Virus record (IMG/VR): IMGVR_UViG_3300012942_000045
Location: 6,743 to 70,742 of that record
Source: a virus
Length of the DNA stretch: 64,000 nt
Direction: 5' to 3' (one strand)
Shown here: positions 18,908 to 28,303 of the stretch, one piece after another
Position numbering within the stretch: position 1 is the stretch's first letter
Layout: every line of letters starts with the position of its first letter
Program-made: the position numbers and the translations under genes
Notes under the pieces: model-generated
What the model was told of the DNA's origin: nothing
Seen by the model: the letters and a program-made list of their open reading frames with translations, nothing else
Database searches by the model: none

Positions 18908-20119
18908 ATGGGTAAAACTTTACAGTTATTACAACACATTGAGAACTATGGTAAGGATAAAACCTGGGAGGAGTTGGCTAAACAGTATGGATTTAGCTGT
19001 GGTGATGTAGCCAGGTTAGCAGTTAAGAGAGGAATAAAAAAAGCAAACAATACACAACAAACTAATCCTGAGGTTTTTGAGTATAATTTAGATAAAGGAG
19101 AGATTAAAGTAGCTCATATTTGGGATCATGCTCCTACTCCTGAGGAGGTTGTAGCACATCATAAAATTGATCTTAACAAGTGGAGACTCTCCAATGTATG
19201 GATCAAAATGGTACCTAAAGGTTATTTAACCTCAGCTTTATTCTCTGGCAGGAAGGAGGAGGAGAAATTCACTACAGAGTTCATAGATTTCCTTAAAGAT
19301 TATACCTCACCTCACAAACCTATTAAACCTGCCCCTATTAATCATGGCCTTTCTAAAGGGGCACTTATTATTAACCAACAGGATGCCCACTGGAACAAGC
19401 ATGATCTTGAGGGACAAAATGATATTATAGATAGATTTGAACAGTACAAGAAATGTCTAGTAGAGACTATAGACAGGGCTCATGCAATATGTAGTTTGCA
19501 AAAGGCATATTATATTATCGGATCAGATGCTTTCAATGCAGAGTTTACAGGTCTGACCACCAAAGGTACTCCTCAGGAGAATTTACTTCCTTATAATGTC
19601 TCCTTCAATCTTATCTGTAATAAACAGGTAGAGATTATTAACACATTACTTACCTCTATTCATGATGTACAGATTGTATATGTACAAGGAAATCATGATG
19701 AGTATGTAGGATTTCACATGATATCTTGGCTAAATGCTTACTACAGAGAGCAACCTAATCTCTCTATAGATATGACGATGGATTGTACCAAGTATATCTC
19801 AGTATATGATACAGCATTGTGTATTAATCATGGAGATGTACAGAAGCCTGAGAAGTTAGCTCAAAACTTTCCTGTACAATATAAAGAGGGATTTGCAAAA
19901 GCTAATTACTGGGCGATTCTCTCCGGAGACAAACACACTGAATTATCTCGCTCTATAGGGGGTATAAAGTTCTACCAAATTCCAGCACTCTCTACAGCAG
20001 TATCTCACTGGGACCAAAAGAATGGTTTTGATCTAGGAAGGGCTGAAATGACCTCCTTTATAATTGAGGACGGTAAAGGAATAAACACAATTATTAAAGA
20101 GCCAATTTTTAAATACTAA
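18908..20119 (+). CDS. calcineurin-like metallophosphoesterase with an N-terminal HTH-like domain
   Basis: Motifs DAH, GSD, GNHD, NHGD and GDKH. The start is moved to ATG 18908 because 18839 lies in the terminator, upstream of the promoter. Confidence 0.8.
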   Translation: MGKTLQLLQHIENYGKDKTWEELAKQYGFSCGDVARLAVKRGIKKANNTQQTNPEVFEYNLDKGEIKVAHIWDHAPTPEEVVAHHKIDLNKWRLSNVWIKMVPKGYLTSALFSGRKEEEKFTTEFIDFLKDYTSPHKPIKPAPINHGLSKGALIINQQDAHWNKHDLEGQNDIIDRFEQYKKCLVETIDRAHAICSLQKAYYIIGSDAFNAEFTGLTTKGTPQENLLPYNVSFNLICNKQVEIINTLLTSIHDVQIVYVQGNHDEYVGFHMISWLNAYYREQPNLSIDMTMDCTKYISVYDTALCINHGDVQKPEKLAQNFPVQYKEGFAKANYWAILSGDKHTELSRSIGGIKFYQIPALSTAVSHWDQKNGFDLGRAEMTSFIIEDGKGINTIIKEPIFKY

Positions 20120-20127
20120 TATAATAT

Positions 20128-20394
20128 ATGAGAACAGATTTTTTTTGGGTTGCTATTGCACTTTATGCTTATTGGTGCTTGTATTATGGAATTTCTAAGG
20201 GTAATCCCGGACTTAGTGTAAAAGCTACTATCTGGCTTACTATCAGATCCTTGGTACCTCCATTGGATGCTATTGTACAGTATTTTGTCTCCTTGTATAA
20301 AAACTCTGTAGCAGCTAAGCTTGAGCAGGAGAAGGAGAAAGTTAAGGAGATTCTTAATCCTAGCACCTCAACAACTACTACTACTGTAGCATAA
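20128..20394 (+). CDS. small membrane protein with a Thr tail
   Basis: N-terminal hydrophobic helix, short coiled coil, and the C-terminus STSTTTTTVA. Confidence 0.65.
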   Translation: MRTDFFWVAIALYAYWCLYYGISKGNPGLSVKATIWLTIRSLVPPLDAIVQYFVSLYKNSVAAKLEQEKEKVKEILNPSTSTTTTTVA

Positions 20395-21065
20395 TGAGTA
20401 CACTAAGAGATGTGGTCTCCAAGGTTAGGAGTAGGCATAAACTACTCTCTTATGATAATCTTATTACTGATAGGGTTATTGCAGGAGAGTTACGTGTAAC
20501 TGCTATACTCCTTATAAAGAGGGAGACTAATCTCAGAAAATTATGGGATACTGATTCCTTATTCACTACTATACCCTGCCTCCAAATGCAGGAAGTTCCC
20601 CTTGCTGAGTGTTGTTCCTATACCTCAGCCAAGACCCTCTCCAGGTCTATACAGCAACTACCTAAGATTGCTGAGGGGAACTATCAGTATCTTATCAATG
20701 CAGTCACAAATATTGAGGGCACTCTCTCATTTAAGTACATGCCTGTACAGAGATATATAAACTCATTATCTCTAAGCTTAACCAAGAAGGAACCTTACTA
20801 TTGGATACAAAATAGGTACATATATCTTACTGATCCTGATATTAAGGCTATTAAATTGGGAGCTTTATTTGAGGAGGATATCCCCTCAACGCTATTTTCA
20901 CCTTGTGATTGTGATACACCAAAATGCACCAATCCATTAGATATGGATTTTAACTTACCAGGATATCTAGAGAAAAATGTTATAGATATGGTAAGTGATA
21001 CATTAGTAAAGACCTACCTAAGGGAACCTAACCAGGTTACCAGTAATGATAAAGAGAATGACTAA
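20394..21065 (+). CDS. putative tail ring protein (crAss-like)
   Basis: TIPCLQM..VPLAECC, YYWIQNRYIY, LFEED and C..PLDMDF.LPGYL motifs; upstream of the IHF/Ttub/Tstab block. Confidence 0.6.
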   Translation: MSTLRDVVSKVRSRHKLLSYDNLITDRVIAGELRVTAILLIKRETNLRKLWDTDSLFTTIPCLQMQEVPLAECCSYTSAKTLSRSIQQLPKIAEGNYQYLINAVTNIEGTLSFKYMPVQRYINSLSLSLTKKEPYYWIQNRYIYLTDPDIKAIKLGALFEEDIPSTLFSPCDCDTPKCTNPLDMDFNLPGYLEKNVIDMVSDTLVKTYLREPNQVTSNDKEND

Positions 21066-21068
21066 CCT

Positions 21069-21144
21069 CGGGATATAAGGAAGTCAGGTTTTTCCTACTT
21101 GGTCTGGAGCCAAGAGAGCGGCAGTTCAAATCTGTCTATCCCGA
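21069..21144 (+). tRNA. tRNA-Pro(TGG) with an atypical anticodon loop
   Basis: Acceptor CGGGATA/TATCCCG, D stem AGGA/TCCT, anticodon arm CTTGG-TCTGGAG-CCAAG (TGG at 21105-21107), T arm GGCAG-TTCAAAT-CTGTC. No encoded CCA. Confidence 0.8.
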
Positions 21145-21156
21145 CATAAATTAACT

Positions 21157-21660
21157 ATGGGAAGAGTTATAAGACAATACAGCTCTGACAGTAAGGAGGC
21201 TTATGAATCCTTTTGTAAAGAGTATCCACAATATAATTTGCCTTATAAGACTTGGAGGAAGATAATATTTAATATCAATTACAGCTATGTTGATTATATT
21301 CTCCAGTCTGGCGATAAGGTAAGAATACCTAGTGGATTTGGTGATTTAGCTATCAACAAGAAGAAGAATGCCAAATTTCATGTAGATCCTGAAACAGGTA
21401 AGGAGAAGATCTGTTTACCTGTAAATTGGCCTGAGTCAAAAAAGAGGGGTAAGAAAATATATATCCTTAATGACCATACTAACGGTTATTACTTTGGATG
21501 GATATATTTTAGGGAAACTGGTAAGATGAGATTCTCCTCTACATGGACTTTTAAAGCCTGTAGAAGGAGCTCCAGATTACTGGGACAGTACATTAAGGAT
21601 ACAGAGAATGATTGGGTCTCTCTGTACCGGGTATGGCAAAATTACAGAACCTCAAGATAA
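21157..21660 (+). CDS. IHF/HU-like DNA-binding protein
   Basis: GDKVRIPSGFGDLAINKK and a basic composition; conserved crAss-like position before the tail tube gene. Confidence 0.7.
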   Translation: MGRVIRQYSSDSKEAYESFCKEYPQYNLPYKTWRKIIFNINYSYVDYILQSGDKVRIPSGFGDLAINKKKNAKFHVDPETGKEKICLPVNWPESKKRGKKIYILNDHTNGYYFGWIYFRETGKMRFSSTWTFKACRRSSRLLGQYIKDTENDWVSLYRVWQNYRTSR

Positions 21661-22533
21661 ATGATCTCTTATTACAATACTTATACCTTTGTTAGTCCTG
21701 ATCCCCTTTATGCAAAAATAAAGGAGGAGCTGAAATCCTATTTTAATAGTGGTCAGGTTGATGATTTATTATTCCCCTCATGGACTAAGGATTGTCTTAA
21801 TAAATTAAAAAAGGCTCAGTACAGTATAAAGGAGACTATATTACATATCGAGGGATACGAGGCTACTTTGCCTATAGATTTTCAAAGTGTAAGGGAGGCC
21901 TGGGCATGTGCTCCAGGTAAATCCATCTCTTATACTAATCCCTCAGCTACTTATGCTGAGTGTGTACACTCTGCTATATTGGTAGGTACCAATGAAGATC
22001 CTTATTGTACAACTTGCTCAGATTACCCAGAGACTGTAAGAGTAACCTATAAGTTTACAGATACTGAGGAGATCAGGTATTATGGAAGATCCTATTTGCT
22101 TACACCCTCCAACTCTCATACAAGGAGTAAATGTGCACCCCAATGCAGCACCCTACAATCTCCAGATACTTTTAATATCTCTGGTAATAAGTTCTCAGTG
22201 CTGTTCTCTCAAGGGATAGTACATCTAGTTTATTATGCTTATGAGATGGAGGGGGGATTACCTCTTATTCCTGATAATGAACCTATACAGGCATATATTG
22301 AGGCTTACATTAAGTACAAGCTTATGGAGGCTTTATATAACCAGGTTACTGATGAGACTTATAACCAGGTAGAGAGAAAGTATCATATATACTCCCAACT
22401 TAAGGATGAGGCATTTATAGTAGCCAGAGCTGAGACTATCTCAGAGACAAATCAAAAGAAACAAATTGCTATAAAAAGGCAACAAAATGCCTTAAATAAG
22501 TATAATCTTCCCTATGGCAGAAAGTGGAACTAG
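21661..22533 (+). CDS. tail tubular/ring protein (Ttub, P22 gp4-like)
   Basis: EATLPIDF, VHLVYYA and LPLIPDN...YIEAYIKYK; lies between the IHF-like and Tstab genes. Confidence 0.7.
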   Translation: MISYYNTYTFVSPDPLYAKIKEELKSYFNSGQVDDLLFPSWTKDCLNKLKKAQYSIKETILHIEGYEATLPIDFQSVREAWACAPGKSISYTNPSATYAECVHSAILVGTNEDPYCTTCSDYPETVRVTYKFTDTEEIRYYGRSYLLTPSNSHTRSKCAPQCSTLQSPDTFNISGNKFSVLFSQGIVHLVYYAYEMEGGLPLIPDNEPIQAYIEAYIKYKLMEALYNQVTDETYNQVERKYHIYSQLKDEAFIVARAETISETNQKKQIAIKRQQNALNKYNLPYGRKWN

Positions 22534-25500
22534 TCCAGTAACACAGAATATTTCTTATGGTATAGGCATGGAGAGCAGTCCTTCTAAGGGCAGGCTCTCT
22601 TTGGCTGTTAATGCTGTAGTGGAGGGATTTGATGGTGATAGTATCACTTACCAGAATGAACCAGGTAATCAAAAGTGTATAGATTTTGGAGAGTTCTCAG
22701 TAGTAAAATCAAAGACTATAATTGAAAAAGACCTTATTATATACTTTCTCACCTCACCTACTACCTCAAAAATAAGTACCTCTACACTCTCTGGATGTAC
22801 TCTCACTGATATTATTACTGCACCTTGCTTAAACTTCTCATTAGAGTTTCCTATTAAAAAAGTAGAGTACGAGATAAATGGAGATGCTTTAAGGATATAC
22901 TGGTGTGATAATTATAATCCTGATAGGTTTTTAGACTTCTCCAATCTTCCTTATAAGAGAGTACAGACTAGCCCAGGTACATGCGATTATACTACAACTA
23001 CAGAGATAGATTGCAATCTTCTTCGAGTACATCCTCATTTTAATATTCCTTATATTACAGTAAATGAGGTATCTACAGGAGGTAATCTCGTCTCAGGAAC
23101 ATACCAATTTGGTATACAATACTCAGATAGTGTAGGTAGCAGGTATACAGAGATCTATAATATAACAGATCCTGTACCTGTATTTAAAGATGCTGTTACC
23201 CAGGATTTTAATATCCCTACTGACAAGGCTATATCCTTAACTATCCATAACCTGGATACTACTAGGTTTTCATACTTCAATCTTATAGTTGTAAAGACTA
23301 TAAATGCCATCTCAACTCCTGAGTTGGTAGGTACTTATGAGTGTGGCCCCAACAAATCTATTGTATATACTGGACAGGCTACAGATATTAAACTTACTAC
23401 AGATGATCTATTTGAGAGATTTCCTATAGTGGAGAAGTCTGAGGGAGTTACTACAGCAGATAAAGTTCTTATATGGCATGGTATAACCAACTCAAAAAGG
23501 GTTAATTACCAATCTATAGCCTCTAACATCCAATTAAAATGGATCTCCTATATTGTTCCTCCTACTGAGAATATTGATCAGTACAGAGGTTATATGGGTG
23601 ATGAGGTATATGCATTTGAGTTTCAACCAATATTAGCCTCAGGTAAGAAGTGTGATGGTTTTCATATCCCTGGACGATTACCAACAGATTATGATCTAGA
23701 GCTTGTAGATAATCCCTTGAATACACCCTCACTCTGTAATAGTGAAGATACAACTGTACCCAGATGGAGGGTACAAAATACAGCACAGGTAATTACTGAT
23801 TATATTACTGATACTACAGATCCTCAAACACAATTACAACAGGATCTACTCTCTCAACAGATAGAGCAACTTAAAACAAGATTATCCCAGAATAATACAG
23901 AGTATGAGGATAACTCCAAACAAGCCTCTGTATACATAGATAATATTATAGACCTCTCCAAAGCTGATAAGGATAGTATAGGACAACTAGCTCTCTCCAT
24001 ATTAGGACTGGGAGGTATAATAGCTGGTATATTAGATAGAGGATGGCACTCAGTAGCTTATGATTTAGGAGGTGATAAGACTAATGATTTATATAATCTT
24101 ATTACTACTAAACCAATAGATTTAGATGCTGTACAAGCTCTACTCTCACCCTTATATGGAAAGCATGGTACTGGTGAGGTGGCTAAGAAAATGTACTCTA
24201 TAGCTGGGCAGATAAATGATCTGTATACAGATAATACCTCTATTATGCAGGGTATAGAGGATGATACCCAACAGCTTAATATTGTATATGGTCAGTATAA
24301 TAGTCTCGTACAAAATACTACAATATGCAGTGCTGTACCTTATCAATATGGTGAGTTTGGTTATTATGAGAGTACAGAGCTTTATCCTTGTAATGAGAAT
24401 ATATGGGGTACTTTATCGGGTAAACCAATAAGGCATCACAAATTCCCTAAAAGAGCTATCCATGATAATATGGGTAACCTTTATCCTTTAGGTATACAAG
24501 TAGATATTGAGCAAATTAAGGTTCTTATCAGAGAGTCTAATCTTACCCAACAGGAGAAGGATGATATTGTAGGGTTTAAAATACTTAGAGCCGATAGGAC
24601 TAATAATAAATCTATTATAGCAAAAGGTCTTATCAATAATGTAGGAATATACAACAGGGATAATGAGACTTACTTTTATCCCAATTATCCCTATAATGAT
24701 GTAAGACCTGATCCATTTATCTCCATATTACAAACTAAGGATGATAGTGGCCCCTCAGCTCAACTTAATGGATTTTACTCTGAGGAGAGTAAGAAGAGGT
24801 TTACCTTCCATAGTCCTGATACCTCATTCTATCAACCTAATCTGGGAGATTATATTGAGTTAAACTCTATAGAGTATGGCACCTCCAAAGGTCATTACGT
24901 ACCTGTAAAGAATCATCCTAAATATCAAATCCCTTCGAGAGCTGCTTATGCTACCTGTGTAGCTATTACAATGGGACTTATTGCAGCAGGTTCTAAGGAG
25001 GGTATAGGTTTTGCAGGGGTTGATATGTTTGGTGGCTCACAAACTGATTGGGAACAATCTCTTGCTGTACTGGCTCAATCCATAGAGCTTATTACTAAAT
25101 CCATTCCTCATAAAGAGTTAGCTTATCAATATAACTCTGTAGGAGATTATAGCCTCTCTTCTCCTATACCGGATGGTTATCCTACAATATTTCCCTTATC
25201 CTCAAACTCCAGATATCTCTCAGATGGCCTGGCTAATATAGAGGATATATACCAACTAAATAATTATCTTAGGGAGACAGCAGTTTTCTTAAAGACTGAA
25301 AGTGCCATACCTTATACCCATGAGATAGATCCTACTTTTAGAGATGAGTCCAGGATTCTCTCTGCTTGTGATAATAGTATACAATCTGCACCTATAGCCT
25401 CTTATAATGTCTCTATAAAAAGAGTATCGTTATCTCAGTATGGACAGATATATTCCTATGAGACTATAGATACAGGTCATTATATTGATTTAGCCTCTAC

Positions 25501-27481
25501 CTCTACAGCAGATGTATTTGGAGGTGATATATTCCTTTCGAGATTTGCCTACAAATCAAAACTCTCTTACTTCACCAGTAATCTGGTAGGTAGGAATGAT
25601 AATGAAGCTTTAGATTTTAGGAATTATGGTAATATAGGATATCCTACTTATTGGCTCTCCAATGATAGAGACGGAAAATTTACCTGGGCAGATCTGTTAC
25701 AAGAGGCTTCCTCAGTATTAGTAGGGGCAGCTGCTGGTGGTCTAGGTTCCATGTCTATAGGGGGTGCTTTAAGAGGTGGTGTAGCAGGAGGTATATTAGG
25801 AGCTCTAGCTGTACTGATGGATAATTGGCAGAATAACTTTGCCTGTGCAGGTAAGAAGTTCTTTTATCAGGATGGTAAGTTTTTCTTATTCTCTTATGGT
25901 ATACCTTATTTTTATGTAGAGAGTGAGGTTAACTGTAAGTTCCGTCAAGCCTTTAATGGTAAAGAGGGTGACTTTTATCCTCATATGGGTACACAAATAC
26001 CTGATGAGTGGCTACAGGAGGTTAACACCCCTATAGTAAATGATAATACTTACTTCTATAACAAGACTTTCTCCAAGCAAAATAAGGAGGGTTATTTCTC
26101 TCATTTACCTGAGGATTATACCCCTCAAAATACACATCCTAATAGAGCTTATTATAGTAAGGTACAATCCTCCGAAGTTAACTATAAAGTGAACAACTGG
26201 CTTATTTATAGACCCTTATCATTTCATGATTTCCCACAAACTAATGGTAAACTCATCTCTCTAGATAGAGTAGCTAATAGGGAGATCCTGGCAAGGTTTG
26301 AGAATAAAACTGAGTTATATAATGCTCTCCTCAGAATAGATACCTCTAATCCACAGGCTGCTTATATAGGTAATAGCACCTTATTTGATAGTGCTCCACC
26401 TATAGATTTCTCAGATACAGATAGTGGTTATATAGGAACTCAACATAAATTCCTACTTAGAACACCTTATGGGAATATTACTACTGATAGTGAGAGAGGT
26501 TCTATATTTATATTATCAGGCCAAAAGGCTAAGGATATCTCTCAGGGCATATCTAAATTTCTTGCTCAGTATTTACCCTTCCAGATATCCTCCATACCCG
26601 GTATAGATATAGATAACAACTACAATGGTATAGGATTACATGGTGTGTATGATAGTTCTCATAATAGAGTAATTATTACCAAGCTGGATTATATACCTAA
26701 AGTGTCGGATATTACATACAAATCAGGGAAATTTGTGTATAATAACAAACAAATCTCTCTTACTGATACAAACTACTTTCAGGATAACAGCTTTACCTTA
26801 TCCTATCATTTTCCTACCCAGAGCTGGACCTCATTCCATACTTACTTCCCCTTGTTCTATATTGAGACTCCTCTCCTATTTTACTCTGGGAATACTGCCA
26901 CTTATCTACATGATCCTAACTATACTAAATTCAACTTCTTTTATGATAAAATTGAGCCTTTTATTATTGAGTACCCTTATTCCTACCAGGGAACTTCCCA
27001 AATACTCCAATCTGTACAGGAGTATAACACAGTAATAAAGTACTTCTCCTCAAAACCTGGAGATTACAGTGAAGTAGATAATATATGGTATGATGAGGCA
27101 CTCCTGTACTCCAATAAGCAATGCTCAGGGACTCTCAAATTATCCTATCAGCCTAAGAACAATATGGCAGCTAAGAAGGGTTTTCCCGTGTACAGTCCCG
27201 ATAGTAAAACCATATTATATACAAAGTCAGATAATCTGTATAAGTACAATACCTTCTGGTCTCTGATAAAGGATTATACTCAACCTATATTAACACAAGG
27301 TCCTAATATGTCACTCTCTACTTTAGTTAATAATACCAATATGGATTACTCGAAGAGATCATTTAAGAAGGAACCATTACGTACTGATAATCTAAAGGTC
27401 AGACATACTCTTAATAGTACCTCAGATTATAAGTTTCTTTCTCATTTCTCCACAACCAAAACTGAACGTTCTATAAGATGA
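22514..27481 (+). CDS. tail stabilisation / muzzle protein (Tstab, P22 gp10-like)
   Basis: IYWCDNYNPDR, GGNLVSGTYQF, GYMGDEVYAF, FHIPGR, PIRHHKFP, FGGDIF and WTSFHTY motifs of crAss-like Tstab. Confidence 0.85.
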   Translation: MAESGTSPVTQNISYGIGMESSPSKGRLSLAVNAVVEGFDGDSITYQNEPGNQKCIDFGEFSVVKSKTIIEKDLIIYFLTSPTTSKISTSTLSGCTLTDIITAPCLNFSLEFPIKKVEYEINGDALRIYWCDNYNPDRFLDFSNLPYKRVQTSPGTCDYTTTTEIDCNLLRVHPHFNIPYITVNEVSTGGNLVSGTYQFGIQYSDSVGSRYTEIYNITDPVPVFKDAVTQDFNIPTDKAISLTIHNLDTTRFSYFNLIVVKTINAISTPELVGTYECGPNKSIVYTGQATDIKLTTDDLFERFPIVEKSEGVTTADKVLIWHGITNSKRVNYQSIASNIQLKWISYIVPPTENIDQYRGYMGDEVYAFEFQPILASGKKCDGFHIPGRLPTDYDLELVDNPLNTPSLCNSEDTTVPRWRVQNTAQVITDYITDTTDPQTQLQQDLLSQQIEQLKTRLSQNNTEYEDNSKQASVYIDNIIDLSKADKDSIGQLALSILGLGGIIAGILDRGWHSVAYDLGGDKTNDLYNLITTKPIDLDAVQALLSPLYGKHGTGEVAKKMYSIAGQINDLYTDNTSIMQGIEDDTQQLNIVYGQYNSLVQNTTICSAVPYQYGEFGYYESTELYPCNENIWGTLSGKPIRHHKFPKRAIHDNMGNLYPLGIQVDIEQIKVLIRESNLTQQEKDDIVGFKILRADRTNNKSIIAKGLINNVGIYNRDNETYFYPNYPYNDVRPDPFISILQTKDDSGPSAQLNGFYSEESKKRFTFHSPDTSFYQPNLGDYIELNSIEYGTSKGHYVPVKNHPKYQIPSRAAYATCVAITMGLIAAGSKEGIGFAGVDMFGGSQTDWEQSLAVLAQSIELITKSIPHKELAYQYNSVGDYSLSSPIPDGYPTIFPLSSNSRYLSDGLANIEDIYQLNNYLRETAVFLKTESAIPYTHEIDPTFRDESRILSACDNSIQSAPIASYNVSIKRVSLSQYGQIYSYETIDTGHYIDLASTSTADVFGGDIFLSRFAYKSKLSYFTSNLVGRNDNEALDFRNYGNIGYPTYWLSNDRDGKFTWADLLQEASSVLVGAAAGGLGSMSIGGALRGGVAGGILGALAVLMDNWQNNFACAGKKFFYQDGKFFLFSYGIPYFYVESEVNCKFRQAFNGKEGDFYPHMGTQIPDEWLQEVNTPIVNDNTYFYNKTFSKQNKEGYFSHLPEDYTPQNTHPNRAYYSKVQSSEVNYKVNNWLIYRPLSFHDFPQTNGKLISLDRVANREILARFENKTELYNALLRIDTSNPQAAYIGNSTLFDSAPPIDFSDTDSGYIGTQHKFLLRTPYGNITTDSERGSIFILSGQKAKDISQGISKFLAQYLPFQISSIPGIDIDNNYNGIGLHGVYDSSHNRVIITKLDYIPKVSDITYKSGKFVYNNKQISLTDTNYFQDNSFTLSYHFPTQSWTSFHTYFPLFYIETPLLFYSGNTATYLHDPNYTKFNFFYDKIEPFIIEYPYSYQGTSQILQSVQEYNTVIKYFSSKPGDYSEVDNIWYDEALLYSNKQCSGTLKLSYQPKNNMAAKKGFPVYSPDSKTILYTKSDNLYKYNTFWSLIKDYTQPILTQGPNMSLSTLVNNTNMDYSKRSFKKEPLRTDNLKVRHTLNSTSDYKFLSHFSTTKTERSIR

Positions 27482-27546
27482 GCTTCAAAGTAGGTAGTAA
27501 AGTAACTTGGAATAGTGAGAAAACTCCTTACTGTTGTAGCAACTAA
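27478..27546 (+). pseudogene. orphaned original 5' end of the DUF2945-containing cargo gene
   Basis: The ATG overlaps the Tstab stop (ATGA) and reads MSFKVGSKVTWNSE|KTPYCCSN*. The first 14 aa match YNIGNKVTFNSE at the start of the 28250 ORF. Confidence 0.75.
27506..27536 (+). promoter_or_regulatory. putative promoter of the homing endonuclease
   Basis: TTG (27507-27509), N19, TACTGTTG (27529-27536): one mismatch to TAnnTTTG. Confidence 0.5.
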
Positions 27547-28303
27547 TTAAATAATGATATGAAAGAAGTTACTCCTGGTGAAAAGTATAATAGACTTACT
27601 GTATTAGAAGTATATAGAGTAGGTAAAAGGAAATTTGCAAAGTGTTTATGTGATTGTGGAAATATTAGTAATCCTAGGGAATATGTAGTAAGAAAGGGAA
27701 TTGTAACTTCCTGTGGATGCTATCAAAAACAAGTAGCCTCTAAAATGAAAAATGGGATAACTCACGGAATGACGCAATCTGCTGAGTATAATATCTGGGG
27801 TAAAATGAAAAGTAGGTGCTATGCTAAATCCAATAATAGGTACTATAGATACGGAGGTAGGGGAATAAAAGTTTGTGATAGGTGGCTTCATTCATTTGAG
27901 AACTTTTACGCAGACATGGGACCAAGACCCACTAAGAAGCACAGTATAGATAGAATAAATAATGATGGTAACTATGAGCCCTCCAACTGTAGATGGGCCA
28001 CACCTAAGGAGCAAGTAGATAATCAATCATATCATGGAGGAACAGGGATAATGATTGGAAAAAGGGGCTTTGCAGTGCAGATGTCAAGAAAGAGGAAGAG
28101 AATATATCTAGGTACATTTAGAACGATAGATGAAGCAATAATTGTTTCTAATAATTTTAAGGAGTGGTTTGAGAATAACAAGGATCAATTATTAGATAGT
28201 AATATGAGCGGTTCGGAAATATCTACTTTTTATAAAGACCATATATTAAATGAGTTCTCCAAAACATTATAATATTGGAAATAAGGTAACCTTCAATTCA
28301 GAG
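27520..28303 (+). mobile_element. homing-endonuclease insertion cassette (about 784 bp) including a replacement start of the target gene
   Basis: Bounded by two versions of the same coding segment: AAAGTAACTTGGAATAGTGAG (ends 27519) and AAGGTAACCTTCAATTCAGAG (ends 28303). Confidence 0.65.
27559..28272 (+). CDS. free-standing HNH homing endonuclease with a C-terminal AP2-like domain
   Basis: CLCDCGN, SCGC, YGGRGIKVCDRW and SIDRINNDGNYEPSNCRWAT; C-terminal RIYLGTFRTIDEA is AP2-like. Codon usage differs from the flanks. Confidence 0.92.
   Translation: MKEVTPGEKYNRLTVLEVYRVGKRKFAKCLCDCGNISNPREYVVRKGIVTSCGCYQKQVASKMKNGITHGMTQSAEYNIWGKMKSRCYAKSNNRYYRYGGRGIKVCDRWLHSFENFYADMGPRPTKKHSIDRINNDGNYEPSNCRWATPKEQVDNQSYHGGTGIMIGKRGFAVQMSRKRKRIYLGTFRTIDEAIIVSNNFKEWFENNKDQLLDSNMSGSEISTFYKDHILNEFSKTL

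Noticed and set aside
27520-28303. Group I intron around the HNH gene
   Set aside because: There are only about 40 nt upstream and no non-coding sequence downstream of the ORF, so there is no room for a ribozyme core. A replacement start codon makes splicing unnecessary.
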